Position numbers and translations under genes: made by a program. Source: a virus. Taken from it: a stretch of 64,000 nucleotides of DNA. Below are positions 49,005 to 57,661 of the stretch, in pieces; the first letter of the stretch is position 1, and each line of letters opens with the position of its first letter. A model generated the notes under the pieces. It had not been told where the DNA came from. It did no database searches and saw only the letters and a program-made list of their open reading frames with translations. The stretch covers positions 1 through 64,000 of the IMG/VR virus record IMGVR_UViG_3300044701_004608; one strand, given 5' to 3'.

Positions 49005-49249
49005 TATAGACGTTTTGGTAGGCTTTCGTCGCGCAGTTTTTTCTGCCAGCGATTTTTCGCTGCCGCTTTCTTTTTCTTGCGGGTCACGTTGGGTTTCTCG
49101 TAAGTTTCACGATCACGGAGATCTTGTAGTTTTCCGCTTTCCATGATCTTCTTTTTGAATTTCCGGAGAGCTTTTTCCACATTACCATCTTGCCCCACGA
49201 AAACTGTGGAACCCATAAGCCTGCGATAAGGATCTTTGTTATATGACAT
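49001..49249 (-). CDS. rpsU: 30S ribosomal protein bS21
   Basis: VEKALRKFKKK, RETYEKP...RK.KK.AA..R. Confidence 0.9.
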   Translation of the reverse strand: MSYNKDPYRRLMGSTVFVGQDGNVEKALRKFKKKIMESGKLQDLRDRETYEKPNVTRKKKKAAAKNRWQKKLRDESLPKRLY

Positions 49250-49300
49250 ATCAATAAGTATTTAGCAAAATAATATAGTACTATTTAGATTTTCGCAAGA

Positions 49301-49690
49301 CTATTCGGACAAATCAATCTTTTGCTGATTCTGTATATAAAGTAAAAAATATTCTTGTGCCGATTTGATGTGCTTGGCGGTTGATAGGAATCTTTTTGGG
49401 CCATAATGATAGGCTTTTTGGTGTTCAACTAAACGGTCTTTGATGGGAGAAATCTTTGAGGGTTCAGTATTGATCAACACCGTATCTACTAAATTAAACA
49501 CAGTTTCCAACCATTTAAGATCGTCAAAGATATCAGCATAGAGATAGACATCAAAGTCTGTTCCGGCAGTTTTACATATCATGCCTAAGTCTAATACAGT
49601 TTTTTGATTGGGGTCAATAACCAATACTGAATGGTTTTGTCTTTGTTCTAATTCGAGTATGTCTGGGGGGCTGATAAAGTTACTATGCAT
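49301..49690 (-). CDS. Hypothetical protein
   Basis: ORF track. Confidence 0.7.
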   Translation of the reverse strand: MHSNFISPPDILELEQRQNHSVLVIDPNQKTVLDLGMICKTAGTDFDVYLYADIFDDLKWLETVFNLVDTVLINTEPSKISPIKDRLVEHQKAYHYGPKRFLSTAKHIKSAQEYFLLYIQNQQKIDLSE

Positions 49691-51356
49691 TTTTTCCCGA
49701 AATTTTTAGATATTCATCAACTTGTGCTCGTTCGATATCATTAAGATCATCGCGGTCGTATTCACCGGATTTAATGCGTTCAACGAGATGCAGTATATAT
49801 TGTTCGTTATAGGCATAAGAATCTGTGGATTTTTTATCAACCTCTATCCACTTAGTGCCGTTCCATTTGAAGAGTTTGCTTGGCAAGTAATCTACTCGAA
49901 GATAGAGATCTCCTTTGTTGGGATCGCTAGGGAAGCCGCTACCGAAACTGACCTCACCGCCGGACAGTGGCACATCATTGACATCAGCTACCAACGAAAA
50001 CTCTTCTTCGAGATTTTTTGGCATCGTTGTTAGCTGTGATTTTTGTTTAAATTGGTTGAGTTCATTGATGGCTTGTTCAGCGGCTATCAAGGCTTCTTCC
50101 ATTTGCACATGCAAATCATTTTGTTGCTGTCTTAGGTCTTCAATCTCTTTGTTTTTCTTTTCGATCTCAACCGAGAGCACCGAATTGCGCTCAGTAATTT
50201 CAAAATTTTCTTTCTTTCTTTGATCTGCTATCTCTATAAAAGACGTGAGTTCAGTATCAATAGTCCTGATCGCTGTTTCAAATTCTTGGATCTCAGAGTT
50301 TAATTTTTCTATATGTTGAGTCTGCTGGCGTATAGTTTCTTCGTAGGCGATCTGTTGTTGTTCGATTTCTTGTATGGATCGTGCCTGATCAATTATAAGA
50401 TCAACATCGATTTCGGGTTCGATCTGTTGTGCTAGTTCGTTAGCACGATCAAGGTCGGACAGATCTTCATTCGCCACTGGTGCTTGCGCCAGTTCGTTAC
50501 CCTCCTCTTTCTCGATCTCTTTTTTCCTCATCACTTCTCGATGATGGTCTTCGGTTTCAAAGTTTATTCCTTTAGCCCATTCGATCTGTTTGCTACCGGC
50601 AAGGATCAGCACGATAGCCAGTGGGTCGAACACTAGAACGATGAGTATGATCACCCAGCGCACGGCTTTTTCTAGTGTATTGGTATCAGGATTGTCACCA
50701 TAGATCAGTGCGGCCACATATTTCACAGGACCCACTTCGGCTTCGATCTTGCGAAGATCTTTGGCTATAGGTGCTTTCTGTTCTTGTAACTTTACGATAT
50801 TGGCCTGGGCCTGTTCGACTTGCTTGGTTAGTGCGGCACGATCTCGGGCCTGCTGTCTGCGGATCTGTAATGAGCGTTCAGCCGCACTATTAAGTTTAGT
50901 GGAACCATCTTTTAATTTAACTTCTTGATCCCCACTGGCGATGACACCATTGACGGCGGCGTCCATCTGTTTGATGACTGCTTGTGCGTTGGCGATATTA
51001 TCACGCTCGATCTTGATCTTCTCATCGATGAGTGCTACCTGCGCGGCCACATCACCGGTGGGTACAGTCTGATCGAGGTGTGCCTTGGAAAGGAACCCAA
51101 AGATGCCCATGCTGGTGAGTAACATCAAGAAAGCCAGGGCAGGCACTAGATAACATTTATATGTCCAGGTAGCTCGACCCCAGTTGCGATGCAACCATAC
51201 AGCAGTCATGAGCTTGCCGGCCTCGAGCGCACCGCCCATGATCACGATGGGCCAGAAAGCCGCCGCGAATATGGCTGTGAGACCTAATATGGAGTAATAG
51301 GCAGCGACCACAGAAATCACTATGGCCACTGCCAGAGTCGCTATACCTAAAAACAT
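49683..51356 (-). CDS. Membrane-anchored coiled-coil phage protein
   Basis: N-terminal TMs, VFDPLA, long heptad region, FP..P.KGD..LRVD C-terminal module. Confidence 0.8.
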   Translation of the reverse strand: MFLGIATLAVAIVISVVAAYYSILGLTAIFAAAFWPIVIMGGALEAGKLMTAVWLHRNWGRATWTYKCYLVPALAFLMLLTSMGIFGFLSKAHLDQTVPTGDVAAQVALIDEKIKIERDNIANAQAVIKQMDAAVNGVIASGDQEVKLKDGSTKLNSAAERSLQIRRQQARDRAALTKQVEQAQANIVKLQEQKAPIAKDLRKIEAEVGPVKYVAALIYGDNPDTNTLEKAVRWVIILIVLVFDPLAIVLILAGSKQIEWAKGINFETEDHHREVMRKKEIEKEEGNELAQAPVANEDLSDLDRANELAQQIEPEIDVDLIIDQARSIQEIEQQQIAYEETIRQQTQHIEKLNSEIQEFETAIRTIDTELTSFIEIADQRKKENFEITERNSVLSVEIEKKNKEIEDLRQQQNDLHVQMEEALIAAEQAINELNQFKQKSQLTTMPKNLEEEFSLVADVNDVPLSGGEVSFGSGFPSDPNKGDLYLRVDYLPSKLFKWNGTKWIEVDKKSTDSYAYNEQYILHLVERIKSGEYDRDDLNDIERAQVDEYLKISGKNA

Positions 51357-51415
51357 GATTATGTATTTAACCCTAGAGTTGTTAAAAAATATAGTAGCAG
51401 AAACTCAGAGATAAA

Positions 51416-51625
51416 TCAACCGAGAATAGTAGGTTTCCACGCCAAACACCAGTATTCTGGACGTACTGGTGCGAACCAGCGACGGCACTGCCCAGAATCG
51501 AAATAGCCGCAATTACCACAGGCTTGGCTTCCCGGTGTTACACCGGGCACACCCGAAAGCTGATATTCGGGCGGCAGCTTTGGGCATATAGGTGTGCCAT
51601 CGGGATACAGCCTCTGGTCACTCAC
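51416..51625 (-). CDS. HiPIP-like 4-Cys small protein
   Basis: CGNCGYF-x4-C-x11-WC.AW pattern. Confidence 0.55.
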   Translation of the reverse strand: MSDQRLYPDGTPICPKLPPEYQLSGVPGVTPGSQACGNCGYFDSGQCRRWFAPVRPEYWCLAWKPTILG

Positions 51626-52400
51626 TGGACGCCTCCGTGAAACGATCTGGGAACTGCAGGACTATGCCTTTGGCGAATATGTCCGAAAACGCTGGCGTGC
51701 CATCATACTGTCCGGCCAGGATGATACGGTGCGCTGTGTCCACCGCTTCGATATCGGCAGGCCAGTTTTTGCTGACGCGGGCACGACATTGTTCGATCCA
51801 GGCCTGGAGCACTTTGCCAAAGATGGCCTTGACCACATCGGCGGGCCAGTGCTGGGGGTTGGCTTTTTGTGCGAAGTTGGCGAAATCGTCGAGTTCGGCA
51901 TCGACTTTCTTGACTAAGGCATCGATGTTGCCGCCTTTCTTGAGCGTCTGCACGATCTCTAGTACTGTGAGTACAAACGATCTCATGTATTGTGCCAACT
52001 GTTTGCTGGCTACTAATCCATAGTAGGGGCGAACCGAGTCACCGATCTCGTCGATGTTTTGGAACAGTTGCTCTTCGACCACGGCCAAGTCTTCGCCGTT
52101 GTGCAAGGCGCTGGTGATGTAGTTGCGCAGTCTCCACAGGTATCTAGCCCAGATGGTGCGCTGGTCCATGCGCCAAGTCACAGCGGGTTCTGTGTTGAAC
52201 ACCGATATCGTGCCGGGCACATACATGGCTGTTTCTGTGACCACTACGCCGTTGCCGTTGGGGTTACCGTTGCCGTTGGTGTAGCCGTTGCCGTTAGTGT
52301 AGCCGTTGCCGTTGAGTTTGACGCCGTTGATGGCTTCCAGGGCCAAGGGATGATCAAAGTGTTCTTCTTTGATGGTGTGTGTTATGAGTTTGTAAACCAT
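51618..52400 (-). CDS. Helical-bundle protein with NG repeat; paralogue of 56341..56955
   Basis: W..Y.WR.R, YYG, NP..W, GIV.Q.PDRF shared with paralogue. Confidence 0.8.
   Translation of the reverse strand: MVYKLITHTIKEEHFDHPLALEAINGVKLNGNGYTNGNGYTNGNGNPNGNGVVVTETAMYVPGTISVFNTEPAVTWRMDQRTIWARYLWRLRNYITSALHNGEDLAVVEEQLFQNIDEIGDSVRPYYGLVASKQLAQYMRSFVLTVLEIVQTLKKGGNIDALVKKVDAELDDFANFAQKANPQHWPADVVKAIFGKVLQAWIEQCRARVSKNWPADIEAVDTAHRIILAGQYDGTPAFSDIFAKGIVLQFPDRFTEASSE
52248..52313 (-). repeat. Coding tandem repeat NGNGYT/NGNGNP (18-bp unit)
   Basis: Repeated gccgtt units. Confidence 0.8.
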
Positions 52401-52415
52401 TTTAAATCTCCTTTG

Positions 52416-52937
52416 TTAAGATTGTTGTACATTGGCGATGACCCACCATGCGCCGTTTTGTCCCAGCAGAGTCACTGACTCATAGGGTTGTTGCAATTCA
52501 AGTTCTTGATCTCTGCCTTCGAGATCGTTGCCACCTTGTGGGATGATCTTGGTCTTGTAGCCGCCGGGGCCACGCTGGTCCTTGATGATCAGGATCCTAC
52601 AGATGGCACCTATCACTGGCAGTTTGATATCCACTGTCTTGCCCACGGATGGTTTGACGACTCCGATGTAGTAGTCATCGCTTTGTACCGTGTAGTCGGC
52701 GTTGACATAGCGTGTGACGCAGTTGTGATTACCCCCGCCACCGTTGGCGCTCAATGTACCATCGGCGGCCACTGTGAGACCTGTGCCGACCTTGACCACG
52801 CCCAGATCAGTGGTGGTGGCGATGTCAGCATCGATTTCAAAGTCCACGTTGCCAGCAGGCGCTGTAGGATCCGGAGGTATGCTTTGTTTCAAGGCTCGCC
52901 CTGCTCGCACTGCGGTGGGTGCGCGGAAGTAACTCAT
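52416..52937 (-). CDS. Fibre-like modular protein (modules A+B)
   Basis: TDLGVVKVGTGL and DDYYIGV...IIKD motifs. Confidence 0.75.
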   Translation of the reverse strand: MSYFRAPTAVRAGRALKQSIPPDPTAPAGNVDFEIDADIATTTDLGVVKVGTGLTVAADGTLSANGGGGNHNCVTRYVNADYTVQSDDYYIGVVKPSVGKTVDIKLPVIGAICRILIIKDQRGPGGYKTKIIPQGGNDLEGRDQELELQQPYESVTLLGQNGAWWVIANVQQS

Positions 52938-52946
52938 GATCGCTCC

Positions 52947-53339
52947 TTAGACCACGTGCCATTCCGTGCCACGGAAGATGAAACTCACTGATCCGTAAGT
53001 CACGGTGTTGACGAAAGTGGCAGATCCATCGATGGTCTCGCCGCCAGTACCTTGGATGGTGATGTTGCCGGATCCTGGGCCCAGTTCGTCTTTGATGATG
53101 AACATCTTGCCATCGGTGCCAGTGGGCAGCGTGATGGTAGTGGCCACAGCCGAGTTCACTCCGATGTAGTAGTCATCGTTGGTGGCCGCGTAGTCCACTG
53201 TGACCACTGTAGTATTGTAGATGGGATTGCTGGGCGAGCCGCCTGTGACAGAGATCACGCCCCCGGTGATGGTTATTCCTGTGCCGGCCTGTACTAGGCC
53301 GAAATCTGTGGTTGATGCTAAAGGTACTTTGTATGACAT
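52947..53339 (-). CDS. Fibre-like modular protein (modules A+B)
   Basis: TDFGLVQAGTGI and DDYYIGV...IIKD...TIDG...GTEW. Confidence 0.75.
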   Translation of the reverse strand: MSYKVPLASTTDFGLVQAGTGITITGGVISVTGGSPSNPIYNTTVVTVDYAATNDDYYIGVNSAVATTITLPTGTDGKMFIIKDELGPGSGNITIQGTGGETIDGSATFVNTVTYGSVSFIFRGTEWHVV

Positions 53340-53351
53340 GGTGTTTTCCTT

Positions 53352-53906
53352 TTATAGTTGTATGATGGTGCATCTCACGCTGGGTGTCGCTGGTCGGATG
53401 GGCCCAACTTGTGCAGGTGTAGTCAACAATCGCATGTTGACATCAGTGCTTTGCCAAGCGACCTGTATGTTGTCGCCGGCGTTTAACGCCACGGTGAAAT
53501 TCCACGACGCCACCAACACTCCCACGGTGCCTTCCACTGACACCTGAGAGTTGGTATTGGGATAGGCTGTGCCATTGCGTATCAGCCATAGGTCTGCGAG
53601 ATCCGTCCCAGCGTCGGTCTTGTCGATCTGTATCACGAACTGGAAGTTGTAGTTGGCATCCTTGCTCACAGTGATCTGGGAGCCACCCACCAATGTGATG
53701 CCCACGTTGATGGCAGAGTTGTCAAATGTGATGATGTTGACAGCGTTGGCCACTGGGTTGGTCTGTGTCTGTGTGCTGAAAAAGTAGGCTTGATCCAGCA
53801 AGGCCACCGGCACCACGCTGATCACCCCATCAGTGACAGACAGTCCGGAGCCGGACTGTACCACTCCATAGTCACCGGCGGTGCTGATGGGCTGCTTGTA
53901 GGTCAT
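53352..53906 (-). CDS. Module A plus C1q/BclA-C-like beta-sandwich protein
   Basis: GDYGVVQSGSGL; ITF...ITV...YNFQF...LNAGD.I. Confidence 0.7.
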   Translation of the reverse strand: MTYKQPISTAGDYGVVQSGSGLSVTDGVISVVPVALLDQAYFFSTQTQTNPVANAVNIITFDNSAINVGITLVGGSQITVSKDANYNFQFVIQIDKTDAGTDLADLWLIRNGTAYPNTNSQVSVEGTVGVLVASWNFTVALNAGDNIQVAWQSTDVNMRLLTTPAQVGPIRPATPSVRCTIIQL

Positions 53907-54340
53907 TACACCACGTTCCATTCCGTGCCGTTGAACACCAGGGTTATGCTGGCATAGTCGGTGTTGAGCACATAAGTGGCAGCACCATCTATGGTGTTGC
54001 CGTTGCCGGACACTGTTATGTTGTTGGTGTTGGCGTCACCGTCGATGTCCTTGATGATCAAGACCTGTCCCACGATGGGACTGGCTGGCAGCACCACAGT
54101 AGCTGGTGCCGCTATGTTCACGCCCAGATAGTAGTCTCCGGGTTGCACGGCGTAGGGCGTGGAATTCACTATCGTGACATTGACCGGGCTGGGACTGCCA
54201 GTGAATGTGCCTAGATTGATGAAGTCATTTCCCCAGCCACCAATGCTGTTGTTGAGTTGTGACACTGGCGCAGGGCGTGCTACGGGTAAGAGACCCGGGC
54301 GGCGTGGGCGGAATATTATCGGGCTGTAGTACTGGAACAT
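53906..54340 (-). CDS. Fibre-like protein (module B)
   Basis: DYYLGV...IIKD...TIDG...NGTEW. Confidence 0.75.
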   Translation of the reverse strand: MFQYYSPIIFRPRRPGLLPVARPAPVSQLNNSIGGWGNDFINLGTFTGSPSPVNVTIVNSTPYAVQPGDYYLGVNIAAPATVVLPASPIVGQVLIIKDIDGDANTNNITVSGNGNTIDGAATYVLNTDYASITLVFNGTEWNVV

Positions 54341-54742
54341 TTATTTTTCCTTGTTTTCGTCAATGATGTCTTGTGCGGTCAACACCTGTTTGACCTTGTT
54401 GATTTTTTTGGTCACTTCGTCCAAATTGGAGAATAGTGGGCCGGCCGCGGGTGCTTGTTCCACTGGTTCTTCAACTTCTGATTCTTTGTCGTCAACGACG
54501 AACTTGAGAAGTTGTTCGGCCCGCTCTAAAATCTGTGCTTCTGTGGGATAAGGTGCGAATGGTGGATATGGCAAGCGTTCCCGGCGAGTTTTCCACACCA
54601 GATCAGCATCTGCCAACCACTTGTTGTGATCTTCGGCGCGCTTGTTGATGTATTCTTCGTTGAGGAGGGTGCGCGCCATCCTCAAGACCTCCATCCTATG
54701 TTTGGCTAGTTCAATGTCCTTGTCTATCATTGTTGTCCCCAA
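54341..54742 (-). CDS. Phage protein paralogous to 11949..12176
   Basis: R.E.L..A..L...LPYP...PT...I...AE.L..FV shared. Confidence 0.75.
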   Translation of the reverse strand: MGTTMIDKDIELAKHRMEVLRMARTLLNEEYINKRAEDHNKWLADADLVWKTRRERLPYPPFAPYPTEAQILERAEQLLKFVVDDKESEVEEPVEQAPAAGPLFSNLDEVTKKINKVKQVLTAQDIIDENKEK

Positions 54743-54930
54743 TCACTGCGGTTCCATAATCTTTCATGTATGATATAACTGATAGAGTTGATCACCAGTG
54801 TGGCAGCTCCTATCGATAGTCCTTTCCAGGGATCTCCAGTCACTACCCAACCCACTGTGCTGTTAGTGATCATCATCCAGATCCTCCAGGTCAGAGTTTT
54901 GACTGCTGTGCGTGTCAGTGTGTCTGTCAT
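54727..54930 (-). CDS. DUF2061-like small membrane protein
   Basis: R..VKTLTWR...HERLWN...WG. Confidence 0.75.
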   Translation of the reverse strand: MTDTLTRTAVKTLTWRIWMMITNSTVGWVVTGDPWKGLSIGAATLVINSISYIIHERLWNRSDWGQQ

Positions 54931-55178
54931 TGCCAGCGATCTAGCACGATAATCAGCACAGAGATCAAGGCTGTGGCTATTGAAACTGCTGTACCCACTA
55001 CCTTGATCGTCTCTTGTCGATGGTGGTCACGATATTCTTTGAGCCGGGCCAGATCGTGTTCGGCCTCATCTATTCGTTTCTCGAGTGCCTGGTATCGTTC
55101 ATGGCACAATTCTACATGTGCCTCAAGGTTGTCGCGCTCGATGCCGAGATACTTTTTGGCTGTGACCACAAAACTCAT
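54927..55178 (-). CDS. Coiled-coil plus C-terminal TM protein (XhlA/holin-like)
   Basis: LEAHVELCHERY coiled coil; TM tail. Confidence 0.65.
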   Translation of the reverse strand: MSFVVTAKKYLGIERDNLEAHVELCHERYQALEKRIDEAEHDLARLKEYRDHHRQETIKVVGTAVSIATALISVLIIVLDRWQ

Positions 55179-55182
55179 TGTG

Positions 55183-55443
55183 TTAACCCACTACAGTTGG
55201 TGTAGAAGTCTGCGCAACGGTATCCATGTCGCCGGTGTTTATCAAACGCTGACCTGACACTGCACTACGGTTGTAGTTGCCTACAAATGTGTTGTTGGCA
55301 CTTTGTACCGCGCCTACCCCAGGATAACCGTATCCCACACCGTATCCGCCAAATCCATAATTTGGCCATCCCCAGCCGCCCCATGGGTAACGACGGTGAG
55401 CAAAGCTACCGTAGAAGGGGTGGTGATGATATAAACTAAACAT
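55183..55443 (-). CDS. Gly/Tyr/Trp-rich protein with C-terminal NTGxM...QTSTPT motif (86 aa)
   Basis: AAGGAG RBS at MFSLY start. Confidence 0.75.
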   Translation of the reverse strand: MFSLYHHHPFYGSFAHRRYPWGGWGWPNYGFGGYGVGYGYPGVGAVQSANNTFVGNYNRSAVSGQRLINTGDMDTVAQTSTPTVVG

Positions 55444-55459
55444 ATTCAATCTCCTTGTT

Positions 55460-55490
55460 AAAAGACGAGCAGGGATCACCCGCTCGTCTA
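55460..55490 (-). terminator. Internal terminator/attenuator hairpin
   Basis: AGACGAGC-GGG-TGAT-CCC-T-GCTCGTCT-TTT. Confidence 0.65.
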
Positions 55491-55497
55491 CTCTCAA

Positions 55498-55644
55498 TTA
55501 CCAGTAATAGGGACCGTAACCCCCACCGTAGTAGGGATAACCGTATCCATATCCCCAATATGGGTAGGCTAAGCCCCCATAGTAAGGATAACCAATACCG
55601 GCTGCCAGGTAAGGCCTGGCGTAACCCCAGGGCCTATAGAACAT
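55498..55644 (-). CDS. 48-aa Gly/Tyr/Pro micropeptide (not in ORF track)
   Basis: MFYRPWGYARPYLAAGIGYPYYGGLAYPYWGYGYGYPYYGGGYGPYYW; GGAGG RBS. Confidence 0.75.
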   Translation of the reverse strand: MFYRPWGYARPYLAAGIGYPYYGGLAYPYWGYGYGYPYYGGGYGPYYW

Positions 55645-55659
55645 GGTCTCTTCCTCCGA

Positions 55660-56223
55660 TTAAGTGATCGAAGTTGGAGTCGATGTCTGTGTAGTACCTG
55701 TCATGGTTCCGGTATTGACCAGACCTTGGCTAGAGATTGCACTGTTCAGTGCGTTGATAGCGGCTACGCTGTTAGCGCTCTGGTAAGCACTGACAGCACC
55801 ACCGTAGGCTAGACCTAGACCACCATAGAGACCGTTAAGACCTGTCAGAGCTGTGTTGGTATTGATCAGAGCCGTGTTGAGGTTTTCACGGTTGATGCCG
55901 TTGATGAGCTGGCGTGTGAGTTCAGCTTGACCCATCACAGCTTCGCGTGTGCGAGCAGCTTCTTGCATGACGAGTGCGTCAGTGCGAGCGGCGGCCAACA
56001 TAGCGGCTGTGTTAGCATCATTTACTGCCTGCTTGGTAGCAGCCAGTGCCTGGTCCGTGTGGAATGCTGTTTGCATAGCACGGTTGTTGATGTCGTTGCT
56101 TTGTGCGACTTGAAGTTTGTAGTTTTCGAAAACGCTGTCAGAAACTTTTGTGTTTACGGCCTGGATCTGTGCGCTCAGGGCGTAGAAAGGATCTGTTGTG
56201 AATGCTCCTGTTACATCTGCCAT
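55660..56223 (-). CDS. Ala/Asn/Gln-rich helical protein with C-terminal NTGxM...QTSTPT motif
   Basis: AAGGAG RBS; own promoter and 5' hairpin. Confidence 0.8.
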   Translation of the reverse strand: MADVTGAFTTDPFYALSAQIQAVNTKVSDSVFENYKLQVAQSNDINNRAMQTAFHTDQALAATKQAVNDANTAAMLAAARTDALVMQEAARTREAVMGQAELTRQLINGINRENLNTALINTNTALTGLNGLYGGLGLAYGGAVSAYQSANSVAAINALNSAISSQGLVNTGTMTGTTQTSTPTSIT

Positions 56224-56272
56224 TTTAGTAGTCTCCTTGTAAATGGTGTTATACCGGACGTCCCGGTATAAT

Positions 56273-56327
56273 TACTTAGAAGCAAATGGCCAAGAAAAAG
56301 CCAGGCTTGAGCCTGGCCTAGTACTTG
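56273..56327 (-). promoter_or_regulatory. CAAG-N11-CTTGGC-N10-TAAGTA operator/promoter overlapping a terminator
   Basis: Same architecture at 57662-57699. Confidence 0.6.
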
Positions 56328-56340
56328 AGTGATGCGATGA

Positions 56341-56955
56341 TCACGTTGCTATGGCAAATCTATCGGGACTCTGTTGTACTATCCCCGAAGCAAACACATG
56401 GGCCAATTGTCTAGCTGTGTCGAAGCATCTGTCAGTCGCAGTGAGATCCTCGTTCCAGTTTTTAATCAACCTCATATTGATCTGCGAAAACCATGTCTCT
56501 ACTAAATCCATCAATTGATTTTTGATATTGAGCATGTTCCATGCTCCGGGATTGAGTGTAGACATGAGATCAAATAATTCAGATGCACTGTTTTTTAATT
56601 TAGTCACTAAATCCTGCACGAACATGTCTGTGTTGATATTAAAATTTACCGGAGGTTTCTTGATATAATCTAACAACTGTATCATTTCAGTAGTCTGTGC
56701 CTCCATGATAGTACGCCATCGCTGTGCTGAATCAGTACCATAGTAATCATTGATGGTATCGAAAAAATCAGAGATGTTAGCCATGACCCATTCTCTCGTG
56801 ACTGGCATCTCAGGCATCCCATTCATTACAGCTACTAGGTGGCTACGATTTCGCCAGACATAATCGTTCCAGAGGTCGCGGGACCTGGCATGGAAATTGC
56901 CTACTTTGGCAGGATCTTCTTGGAAGTATTGTGTTGTGGTGACTTTGTAAACCAT
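56341..56955 (-). CDS. Helical-bundle protein; paralogue of 51618..52400
   Basis: Both start MVYK and end GIV.Q.PDRF; start trimmed. Confidence 0.8.
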   Translation of the reverse strand: MVYKVTTTQYFQEDPAKVGNFHARSRDLWNDYVWRNRSHLVAVMNGMPEMPVTREWVMANISDFFDTINDYYGTDSAQRWRTIMEAQTTEMIQLLDYIKKPPVNFNINTDMFVQDLVTKLKNSASELFDLMSTLNPGAWNMLNIKNQLMDLVETWFSQINMRLIKNWNEDLTATDRCFDTARQLAHVFASGIVQQSPDRFAIAT

Positions 56956-56957
56956 TT

Positions 56958-57638
56958 TTATAACCTCGCTCCATTGTTGACTGCCAGGGCCAGTTGTGTA
57001 CGGTTCCTGACACCGTATCGTTTCAAGATGGCACTGACATGTATTTTCACTGTGCTTTCTGATATGTTGAGTTGGCGTGCGATGGCTTTGTTTGACAAGC
57101 CTCGTTCGCACAACAGTTTCTGTACTTCTTGCTGACGATCTGTGAGTGTGACTTCGTCGCTGTGCGATTTGGTGTCTGCTTTAGAAGTCTGCTCCATACA
57201 TTCACGGGGCCAGAAATCCTGACCTTTGGTGAACATCTCTTCATAGGCTCGCTGATTCAGATAATAGTCGAAATCGTCGATGTGTGGGATCACTCCCGAG
57301 ATGCCCATGTCCTTGAATGCTTTGACCTGTTGCCGTGTCAAGGGAGTCCTTAATAATACCAGGAATTTGCTATCCACTTCGCCGAATCGACAATCAAGGA
57401 ATATCTTGAAACCCAGCACGAGGTCCCGGAATCGTTCGTTAAATTCATCGACGATGTTTTGATCGATGGAGATGAACTTGGGGGGCGAGTCGAGATGGGA
57501 GATGAACCCAAACGCTTGCCTGACATTGTTGGCCGACAAGGGTTGGAACCCAAACTGTTTGCCTCGGTCATTGAATACCTGTGATTGTTTTAGATTCGCA
57601 GAGATCCTCAATCCCAGTGGTGTGTTTTCCGTGTGCAT
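56958..57638 (-). CDS. LuxR/NarL-family regulator with degenerate receiver-like N-terminus
   Basis: LTDRQQEV...[36 protein letters not shown]. Confidence 0.9.
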   Translation of the reverse strand: MHTENTPLGLRISANLKQSQVFNDRGKQFGFQPLSANNVRQAFGFISHLDSPPKFISIDQNIVDEFNERFRDLVLGFKIFLDCRFGEVDSKFLVLLRTPLTRQQVKAFKDMGISGVIPHIDDFDYYLNQRAYEEMFTKGQDFWPRECMEQTSKADTKSHSDEVTLTDRQQEVQKLLCERGLSNKAIARQLNISESTVKIHVSAILKRYGVRNRTQLALAVNNGARL

Positions 57639-57661
57639 TAGAATTCCTTTTCTTACATAGA

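Noticed and set aside
51618-52400. Acetylglutamate kinase label, which I recall on similar helical proteins
   Set aside because: No amino-acid kinase motifs; the sequence looks all-helical
55660-56223. R-body (Reb) protein
   Set aside because: Only faint VNTKV/QALA resemblance; length and C-terminus differ; needs an HMM test before any claim
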